From a virus (lineage: Duplodnaviria > Caudoviricetes), in IMG/VR virus record IMGVR_UViG_3300047507_000002, positions 1-44,077 of that record: DNA of 44,077 nucleotides; one strand, given 5' to 3'. A program made the translations under genes and the position numbers. The notes beneath the pieces were generated by a model, which was not told the DNA's origin, made no database searches, and saw only the letters and a list, made by a program, of their open reading frames with translations. This document shows, piece after piece, positions 37,720 to 44,077 of the stretch (positions within the stretch are counted from its first letter, which is position 1; each line of letters begins with the position of its first letter).

Positions 37720-37977
37720 CTAAGATTCAACTTGGTTATAATCAGGGGCTTCAGCAAATTCAGGAAATTCAAAGAATTTGCATTCCCATACGGGCATAGT
37801 CATTCCATTGATTTTGCAGGTTCGGTAATTTTGCTCTGCCAAATCACAGTTTTCGGGTGTATTGGGTTTGAATTTCCCACACCTAAAACATAAGCAATGC
37901 TCTCTGTGCTTCCCTTTTAGGGCTTCGTCCACAAAAACCCATTCTCCGTGATGTGTATAACCTATAATATTGCCCAT
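37720..37977 (-). CDS. Cys-rich hypothetical protein
   Basis: HCLCFRC...C...C...WEC; AGGAGGT SD. Confidence 0.75.
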   Translation of the reverse strand: MGNIIGYTHHGEWVFVDEALKGKHREHCLCFRCGKFKPNTPENCDLAEQNYRTCKINGMTMPVWECKFFEFPEFAEAPDYNQVES

Positions 37978-37991
37978 ATTTACCTCCTATT

Positions 37992-38294
37992 TCAGTCATT
38001 TCTCTTATAATCCCCATTCCTTGAGGTTGGCTTCGGGAATTTCTTACGTAATCCCTCAAGTAATCCAACCGTATAGGATTTTAGGGTCGTATCATCACTA
38101 ATAAGTGCTAACCTTGCCATTTCTTCTATCACCTTCTCAATTCCCTGCTTCTCACCAAGAGCGAAGGAGATTTCAGCTTGGGCTTCCCTTCTATCCTTCT
38201 CGACTGGAACAAATGTTGGTTCTCCTGCTTTGTCTCTGCAAATCTGGTCTAGTTTATCCCTACTTATTACTGTATCTCTCGCTTCCATATTCAC
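37992..38294 (-). CDS. Small hypothetical protein (AEISF paralog family)
   Basis: MEARDTV...EAQAEISFALG..QGIEKV. Confidence 0.7.
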   Translation of the reverse strand: MNMEARDTVISRDKLDQICRDKAGEPTFVPVEKDRREAQAEISFALGEKQGIEKVIEEMARLALISDDTTLKSYTVGLLEGLRKKFPKPTSRNGDYKRND

Positions 38295-38382
38295 CTCTCC
38301 TTTCTAGGAACTATCTGTATTAAGGCAACGATGGTAACAGCAACTACAACTACTCCCGCGATAATCAATGCTATTCCTATGT

Positions 38383-38652
38383 TCATTTCTCCTCCTTCTT
38401 CAGACATTTAACAAAGCCTGCCTTGAAGCCTTCTTTTCTAGCCTCGTATGCTTGATAGTTGCTGTGTAGTGCAATCTTTTTAGCAATATCAAGTAAATCA
38501 TCACGGAGAAAATCTATTGGCGGTAGCACAGCTCCACATTGTAATTCACCATCATCACTATATTTGCCAGAGCAAGGATGTGCTGCCCACAATCTTCTAC
38601 GTAGTTCTAATTCTTTAGCTTCCACATTCCCTCCGTAACTTGTAAATCTCAA
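38383..38652 (-). CDS. Hypothetical protein
   Basis: ELELRRRLW..H...YSDDGELQC...IDF; the true start is probably the GTG after a GGAGG. Confidence 0.65.
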   Translation of the reverse strand: MRFTSYGGNVEAKELELRRRLWAAHPCSGKYSDDGELQCGAVLPPIDFLRDDLLDIAKKIALHSNYQAYEARKEGFKAGFVKCLKKEEK

Positions 38653-39220
38653 GAAGATGCCTGAATATCATTTTCTCTTTTCTCAGGTCTGTTCTAATCG
38701 GGGCATCAAACCTATCATCTTTAGGCAACCATAGAATCTGATGTTCTTTTGCTTTTTGTCCGTTTTCTGCACCTAAGATGTCATAGCCCCCAAGCTGTAA
38801 CCAATGGCTTTCGTATATGCCACCGCTAGTCTTTATATCAATTCGTCTTTTCCAATTAACTACAAATATGTCTGGTTGCCCACCAAACCTAAATCGTTCC
38901 GAAACAAGCGGTTGCTCAACTATCAATTCTAGTTCTTGTCCCCTTGTCTGTTCCCACCACCAATTAAGAAACTTGTTGAAACATTTACCAACAGTCTCAT
39001 TCGGTATCGTGAATACCTCGCCCGTAAGAAACTTCATAATGCAATCGTGTGTTAATGTTCCTATATCCCCAGCATTATCTCTCTGCTCTCGCCAGTCTTT
39101 GCCTTGCTGACCTAACTTCCACGCCCAATCTATGAGCTGTGGTTTGTCTAGGATATTGCAAATTGTGGTAACGCCAGGGACAATCTCACCCGATTGTAAC
39201 TTGTAAATATTAGCTGGCAT
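38615..39220 (-). CDS. PD-(D/E)xK Cas4-like exonuclease
   Basis: PGVTTI...GTLTH...EQPL...GGQPD...IDIKT...LQLGGY. Confidence 0.85.
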   Translation of the reverse strand: MPANIYKLQSGEIVPGVTTICNILDKPQLIDWAWKLGQQGKDWREQRDNAGDIGTLTHDCIMKFLTGEVFTIPNETVGKCFNKFLNWWWEQTRGQELELIVEQPLVSERFRFGGQPDIFVVNWKRRIDIKTSGGIYESHWLQLGGYDILGAENGQKAKEHQILWLPKDDRFDAPIRTDLRKEKMIFRHLLEIYKLRRECGS

Positions 39221-39434
39221 TTATCCCCCATTCCTTGAGCTTATCCTGCCACAAGCTCAGTTTGAAATTACAGAAATCATGGTCTTCACCTTCCAAGAAA
39301 TAGAGGTCAATGAAATCCACCACTTCCTTTCTTCCCTCTTGTTTACCACCCTTAAAAGAGAGTTCAACTTGGTCTTTTATAGCTTCAAGAATATCCTCTA
39401 AAACCTTTTCACTTAGGGTTGTTTTAGCTTCCAT
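39210..39434 (-). CDS. Small hypothetical protein (LKEWGI paralog family)
   Basis: MEAKTT...ELSFKGGKQEGRKEVV...WQDKLKEWGI. Confidence 0.7.
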   Translation of the reverse strand: MEAKTTLSEKVLEDILEAIKDQVELSFKGGKQEGRKEVVDFIDLYFLEGEDHDFCNFKLSLWQDKLKEWGINAS

Positions 39435-39859
39435 TATTTCTCTTTCCCTCCTAACTTCTCGGCTTCACCTACCAAGCCATCTTTGTTCATAATAGTTCGG
39501 CAAGTATTATAGATTTCATTGAATATCTCTTTATCGAACGGCGTGTTTTCTTCCGTGCAATGATTATAAACCTCTACTGTGGCCTTTATCCTGACCTGCC
39601 GTTCTATTGAGGCTGTCTCCTCTGGAGATTTGCCATAGGATTTCTGTGGCCTATTCTCACTGGATTTGCTCTGCGTGGCAAGCATATAATACTTCCCGTC
39701 TCTTGATACTTGCAGACTATCCTTATCTAGTTCAACCCCTTCCTTAAATTCAGGTTGGGTGAACATCAATAAAGGAATCTCCGAGCCTTCAAGTGCTATA
39801 TCCCAATATTGCTTGCCATCTTTCTTTCTATTCCGTGATGTGATTTTGATTACTTTCAT
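39434..39859 (-). CDS. Putative single-stranded DNA-binding / recombination-associated protein
   Basis: OB-like N-terminus (KDGKQYW) and SIERQV helix; lies near the exonuclease gene. Confidence 0.5.
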   Translation of the reverse strand: MKVIKITSRNRKKDGKQYWDIALEGSEIPLLMFTQPEFKEGVELDKDSLQVSRDGKYYMLATQSKSSENRPQKSYGKSPEETASIERQVRIKATVEVYNHCTEENTPFDKEIFNEIYNTCRTIMNKDGLVGEAEKLGGKEK

Positions 39860-40029
39860 TCTTCCCTCCAAAGAATAACGGTATTTTCAGATTCTTCCAT
39901 TTCCCGTGCGGGCTCAATCTCTTTCAAATCCTCACTTCCACATGACGGGCATTTCCCATCTCTCTGTTCACTTCGGGTCTGGTCTGTCTCGTGGAAAGTT
40001 GTTAAGCAATCCTGACATTCAAATATCAT
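39856..40029 (-). CDS. FmdB-type Zn-ribbon protein
   Basis: FECQDC...CPSCGSEDL, 57 aa; not in the ORF track. Confidence 0.65.
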   Translation of the reverse strand: MIFECQDCLTTFHETDQTRSEQRDGKCPSCGSEDLKEIEPAREMEESENTVILWREE

Positions 40030-40217
40030 TTTCCCCTCCTTGCCAATTCTTCAAAGTCTTCTTTAGTAAAATAACCGCCTACCTTTTGATAGGCAGATAG
40101 AGTATCTTCTACCTCTGGTGCCCATCTTCCTAGAAGCCTTAATAGGAAGACAATCCTTTCATCTAGTGCCAGCCTCATATTAGACATATCAATTTCTGTT
40201 AATATATTTGTTTTCAT
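40026..40217 (-). CDS. Hypothetical protein
   Basis: 63 aa, coupled to its neighbours. Confidence 0.6.
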   Translation of the reverse strand: MKTNILTEIDMSNMRLALDERIVFLLRLLGRWAPEVEDTLSAYQKVGGYFTKEDFEELARRGK

Positions 40218-40367
40218 TTTGCCCTTCTTTCCAATTCTTCATCAAGCCGATGTTTGTATCCATGAACAAAAGTATCCACATATACGATATGAAGCCACGT
40301 CTCCAACCATTTCCAATGAGCCTCTGCTACCTTCTTAATGTTACTCAACTTCTCTTCATTTGCCATT

Positions 40368-40670
40368 TCACCCTCCTCTTATATCTTTAATACTTGCTTG
40401 TGGCATCCAGTCTCCTGGAATTGATTTTGTTCTATACTCTTTTATATTCCTCTTAGCTGGTGGTAAGTAATCGCTCACTTTATCATCTAATACCTGACAT
40501 TCTGTCATATACTCGCACTCTTCAGAATGCTCACAGCACCTTCTAATTACCTCATCTATTTCCTCACCGTCTTTAACTGTGAGCTTCGTTAGATATGCTT
40601 GTTTTAACTTCCGCCGTAATAAGATTATCCCTTCGGGTATCATTTCTCCCCCTCCCAAAATGAGAACCAA
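40368..40670 (-). CDS. Hypothetical protein
   Basis: Cys cluster CCEHSEEC..C; the likely start is MIPEG. Confidence 0.6.
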   Translation of the reverse strand: MVLILGGGEMIPEGIILLRRKLKQAYLTKLTVKDGEEIDEVIRRCCEHSEECEYMTECQVLDDKVSDYLPPAKRNIKEYRTKSIPGDWMPQASIKDIRGG

Positions 40671-41031
40671 GCCATTTTCCCTGACATTTCTTAGAACACC
40701 AAATATGTTTATATCCTAGTTTTAAGTTTCGGTTATACAGAGAAGATGGTCTTAAAAACAACTTATCACATCCCTCACACTGAAGTTCAAACATCTTCAC
40801 AACATTAACCTTATTCCAGCAACCTTTACATCTCTTTCCACTTCCGATTATCTTCCCGCAATCCTGACATTTGATAGGATGATAAAGAGTTGTAGGTAAG
40901 TTAAGTTTCTTGAGATGGATGCATATGCATTGTCTACTCACACCCAAGTCTCTTGCAATAGTCGCTGCCTTTCTATCAGGGGCTAATGTGCGAATAGTTA
41001 GAACAGCCTTTCGTGTTATTTGATTATTCAT
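40573..41031 (-). CDS. HTH plus Zn-ribbon putative regulator
   Basis: ATIARDLGVSRQCI helix-turn-helix; multiple CxxC and CSKKC motifs. Confidence 0.75.
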   Translation of the reverse strand: MNNQITRKAVLTIRTLAPDRKAATIARDLGVSRQCICIHLKKLNLPTTLYHPIKCQDCGKIIGSGKRCKGCWNKVNVVKMFELQCEGCDKLFLRPSSLYNRNLKLGYKHIWCSKKCQGKWLGSHFGRGRNDTRRDNLITAEVKTSISNEAHS

Positions 41032-41383
41032 TTTTCACCAGTTCGGGATTCTCATAGATGTTGCTGATAACTTCCATAGATGAACTATTATCAAATCCCC
41101 ATGAGTCGCCGTTTTTGTCTATCAACTTGTAACGAACACTAGAATCATCCCAAAGGATTTGGAACAGTTCTACTTTGGGACAACCGTAATCTTGTAATTG
41201 AACTAGGAGAATATCCCCCTCATAGATTTCCTTGCCGTTCTTATCGTGGAGTCCTGTGTATTGAAGGAAAATCAAGTCAGGGTCAAGAAATCGACACATC
41301 ATAGTTTGATTAGCCAATAGGCGTTCCCATGATAAGAATGTCATCACCACTGGGTCCCAAGCTCTAAACTTAATCTCTCTCAT
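41024..41383 (-). CDS. YopX family protein
   Basis: MREIKFRAWD...QYTGLHDKNGKEIYEGDI...EVISNIYENPEL. Confidence 0.95.
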   Translation of the reverse strand: MREIKFRAWDPVVMTFLSWERLLANQTMMCRFLDPDLIFLQYTGLHDKNGKEIYEGDILLVQLQDYGCPKVELFQILWDDSSVRYKLIDKNGDSWGFDNSSSMEVISNIYENPELVKNE

Positions 41384-41410
41384 TTCTCACCTTTCCTTTA
41401 ATCGCTGAGT

Positions 41411-41523
41411 AGTGGGTAGAAGTAGTCAACTTTGAAAGACCACATGAGAATCGAACCCAATTACTGCCTGAGCTACAGCCAGACACCAGTTTTGTTTACC
41501 CATATCGCTAACTCCTACCCACT
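41411..41523 (-). ncRNA. Structured leader RNA with a tRNA-like anticodon arm and T arm
   Basis: 13-bp terminal stem AGTGGGTAGGAGT/ACTTCTACCCACT enclosing TCTGG-CTGTAGC-TCAGG and TGGG-TTCGATT-CTCA. Confidence 0.6.
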
Positions 41524-41529
41524 GTCCAT

Positions 41530-41558
41530 ACTTTATCACAGCCCCTAAAAATTGTCAA
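41530..41558 (-). promoter_or_regulatory. sigma70-type promoter of the leftward early operon (extended -10)
   Basis: TTGACA-N17-TAAAGT with TGn; predicted start about 41523. Confidence 0.8.
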
Positions 41559-41613
41559 TAGCCCCTCTAGCTTTGGAAGAGAATTTAGCACAAACGTTTC
41601 TAAAATGGGCAAC

Positions 41614-41650
41614 AAAAAAGTTCCCGCCCTCTCTTTATAAGAGAAGACGG
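41614..41650 (-). terminator. Intrinsic terminator ending the late/structural transcript
   Basis: CCGTCTTCTCT-TATAA-AGAGAGGGCGG followed by GAAC-TTTTTT. Confidence 0.65.
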
Positions 41651-41668
41651 TTATGATATAATATACTT

Positions 41669-41833
41669 ATGAAAGACCAAATGGTAGAGGTTATTAAATC
41701 ACCTGAAGCACCTTATCTAGTGGGGAAGCGAGGTATTGTTTCCCATAAACAAGGCAATTGGTTTTGTGTAAAGATAGGAGATACCTTCACTCATTTCCGT
41801 AAAGACCAAATTAAGGTTGTCAAAACCCCCTAG
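41669..41833 (+). CDS. 54-aa SH3/KOW-like protein, probably leaderless
   Basis: MKDQMVEVIK...VGKRGIV...FCVKIG...FRKDQIKVV; TGATATAAT lies 6 nt before the ATG. Confidence 0.6.
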   Translation: MKDQMVEVIKSPEAPYLVGKRGIVSHKQGNWFCVKIGDTFTHFRKDQIKVVKTP

Positions 41834-41987
41834 AAATCGCCCCAGTGATATGTTATTAGCTTTGCGATATTGCCCTTGAAATGAAAAGGAATAATCTAGG
41901 GCATGGGGTTGTTCTCCCTCAACCATTCCTCAGTGTAACTTTTCAGTTTTAAAGTCTTGTTGGTTTCTTCCATTCTGCGTCGTCCAT

Positions 41988-42245
41988 TTACCACCAATGC
42001 ACAAGATTTCCAAGTTCCATAATTACCATAGCGAGGAAGGTCGTTAATAGAGTAACACTTCGCCAGTTTAATTTCATTCTGGATTCCACCTTAGTTATCC
42101 GCCCATCATGCTGTACAAGCACATCAGATTGCTCCTTGAGTGTGCCGTTTATCTTCTCTAAGTGTTCCTTGGATGTGTTACAATCTTGAGCTACTAATAA
42201 CAATAATTCTCTATCGGTCTTTGCCTCGAAGTTAATTTCAGCCAT
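41988..42245 (-). CDS. Coiled-coil plus C-terminal TM protein (XhlA/holin-associated-like)
   Basis: INGTL...HDGRITKVE followed by a hydrophobic helix; AGGAGG SD. Confidence 0.65.
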   Translation of the reverse strand: MAEINFEAKTDRELLLLVAQDCNTSKEHLEKINGTLKEQSDVLVQHDGRITKVESRMKLNWRSVTLLTTFLAMVIMELGNLVHWW

Positions 42246-42253
42246 ATCTCCTC

Positions 42254-43465
42254 CTAAAGCATCTTAAAAAACGAACCTCTTCTTCTCAGTAATGGAGAGG
42301 CTAAGGTTGTAAAAAGTTTAGCATATCCATATCCTGTGCCTTCTGAATTATCAGCGTATGCCCGAATTAAGTAGGTTGTTTCTGCAACTAATCCTATGAT
42401 ACCTAATGAATAAACTCCAGCACTATAAGAATCGTCCTCATAGATAACGGAATCGCTTGTCGTAGGAATTGCAGTGCCATAGAAGTTAAACTCCCATAGA
42501 TAAAAGTCTGTGCCTGTATCTCCACCATTCCACTTGATACGAATACCATCCACCTGACACGCAGTAAAGGATTTTGTAATCCAAGTATCCTTTGTGATTA
42601 CTCCTGAGAAGATATTGGTATAACTTCCCCCAGAGTATATATCAATGGCAACATTGGGATTTTGCGGATTACTTCCAGCATCAATAACTCTGGCATACAA
42701 TCTAACCGCATCCCCGTAAAGAGAAGTGGCAGGATAGAGATATAAATAATATCCTGTCCAAGATGTGCTTGCTGCTGATTCTAAATCATTATCATACGCA
42801 TCAGATTCAGCAACCCACTTGCTATCAGGGTCACTGTGACTTGTCGGGAGTATCCAATCGTCTGCTGTTTCCTTATGGCAGAATCCCCTTCGGGTAACTG
42901 TCGCCCCACCTGTAGATATTATCTCTCCGTTTCCCGTTGCTGAATCATTATCAATACCAGTAGGATTATTTGTCGTATCAACAGGAATAACTACCGTATA
43001 GACAATTTCTACATAGATTTGGGTACATCTGAGAGGGAAAATAAGTTCATGTTCAACATCATAACCAGCATTTCCACATACCCCAATTTGCAAACTATCT
43101 GCTTGTTGCCAAGTCTGAACTTCAGTAAAGGTCGTGTTATAAGATGTATAAGTAGTGCTAGGAGTATTGGAATCTCCATAATAATCTACTCCACCCGTGC
43201 GAAGGAGAGTTTTGCAAGTACCCTCGAAAGAATCGCTCTCACTTCTACATACGATATAGACTTTTACAGAATCAATTTGTCCTACATCACCGATATTAGG
43301 CAACCCGAAACGGCAATTCACTCCTGCAAGTTCAGATGTAACAATATAATCGGTATCATCATTACTGATTGCCTCATCCACATTTTCATAGAAGTAATCT
43401 CCTCCAGGCTTACTCCAAGAGGTAGTTAATTCATCACTGTTGGGTCGTAAGGTTAAAGTCGGCAT
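42254..43465 (-). CDS. Virion-associated protein with FN3-like and beta-sandwich domains
   Basis: LTLRPN...ENVDE N-terminal module; GGATVTRRGFC...GLVAETTYLIRAYADNSEGTGYG FN3 signature. Confidence 0.7.
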   Translation of the reverse strand: MPTLTLRPNSDELTTSWSKPGGDYFYENVDEAISNDDTDYIVTSELAGVNCRFGLPNIGDVGQIDSVKVYIVCRSESDSFEGTCKTLLRTGGVDYYGDSNTPSTTYTSYNTTFTEVQTWQQADSLQIGVCGNAGYDVEHELIFPLRCTQIYVEIVYTVVIPVDTTNNPTGIDNDSATGNGEIISTGGATVTRRGFCHKETADDWILPTSHSDPDSKWVAESDAYDNDLESAASTSWTGYYLYLYPATSLYGDAVRLYARVIDAGSNPQNPNVAIDIYSGGSYTNIFSGVITKDTWITKSFTACQVDGIRIKWNGGDTGTDFYLWEFNFYGTAIPTTSDSVIYEDDSYSAGVYSLGIIGLVAETTYLIRAYADNSEGTGYGYAKLFTTLASPLLRRRGSFFKML

Positions 43466-43466
43466 A

Positions 43467-44030
43467 TCACCTCACGATTTTATCTATTATCACAGGTATC
43501 GCAAGTTCGGTATCAAAGGGAGTCTCAGAAATGAAATACACGAGAACAAACGAATCGGCGTTTTGGGTAGAGTTTATCCCATAAGCAGGATTATATAATT
43601 TAAGTTTCCCTGCCTGATATGCCTCTAAAGCCTGAAGGGACACATAACAATTCGATGTCGTGTAGTTTTGCCCCAGATACTTACGGACAACCGTTGCTTT
43701 CTTAGCCGTTACATTAACAGCCATCAGTGCTGCAACGTGCATAGACTGAGGCGGTTGCGGTGGAGTTGGTGTAATCGTAGAGTTCAAATCTAATGGAACT
43801 GCCTGTTCTGCGTTCCATTTTAGAAAGTCTTGAAAGTCCATATTCTCCTCACAGATTGGGATTGACATATTCCCTTTCTGGATGGAACAAACTTTTCCAG
43901 TTATAGTGTCATAATTTAATGTGTACATAGGTTCATCTCCTTGGGCAATCCCTGAACTCACAAAAGGGTTACAGGATATGCTCATCACTAACATTAATAT
44001 CACTCCTAATAGACTAAACAATATCTTCAT
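43467..44030 (-). CDS. Predicted lipoprotein with tail-fibre-assembly-like motif
   Basis: Signal peptide MKILFSLLGVILMLVMSISC; IPICEENMDFQDFLKW; directly follows the tail-fibre gene in the circle. Confidence 0.65.
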   Translation of the reverse strand: MKILFSLLGVILMLVMSISCNPFVSSGIAQGDEPMYTLNYDTITGKVCSIQKGNMSIPICEENMDFQDFLKWNAEQAVPLDLNSTITPTPPQPPQSMHVAALMAVNVTAKKATVVRKYLGQNYTTSNCYVSLQALEAYQAGKLKLYNPAYGINSTQNADSFVLVYFISETPFDTELAIPVIIDKIVR

Positions 44031-44077
44031 TTTCCTCCTTATAATTCGGCAAGAAATTCTATATAAGCCCCCCCCCT

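Noticed and set aside
38615-39220. Cas4 as part of a CRISPR-Cas system
   Set aside because: It is a standalone phage exonuclease; no other cas genes or array are present.
41717-41926. 69-aa minus-strand ORF
   Set aside because: It overlaps the plus-strand mini-gene that has a clear promoter, and it shows no recognisable features.
43951-44077. Terminal direct repeat as biological genome ends
   Set aside because: The length of 127 matches a common assembler k-mer and the repeat cuts through two genes, so it is best explained as circular overlap.

Overview
This window is a complete circular dsDNA phage genome of about 43,950 bp. Bases 1-127 equal 43951-44077, which is best read as an assembly overlap. 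The structural module is podovirus-like and lies on the minus strand: TerS, TerL, portal, internal virion proteins including a ~1,725-aa GNAT-containing polyvalent protein, scaffold, major capsid, decoration proteins, tail proteins and a GLUG-domain tail fibre. A long leftward early/replication operon encodes YopX, an SSB-like protein, a Cas4-like exonuclease, ASCH, an RNA ligase, a helicase next to an iteron array, NinG, a metallophosphoesterase and an HNH. A short rightward cassette of tiny genes sits behind a sigma70 promoter and boxA. I recognised no integrase, DNA polymerase, reverse transcriptase, CRISPR array or canonical endolysin. A Chloroflexota (Dehalococcoidia-like) host is an inference only. 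The most unusual signal is RNA-level: two copies of a covarying three-way-junction RNA motif, an ORF enclosed by a long-range stem sharing that motif's closing sequences, a tRNA-like structured leader starting at a predicted transcription start, and an Arg-type tRNA with a broken anticodon arm driven by a promoter partly built from an IS1 remnant, all alongside a phage RNA ligase. All calls were made by eye, without database searches.
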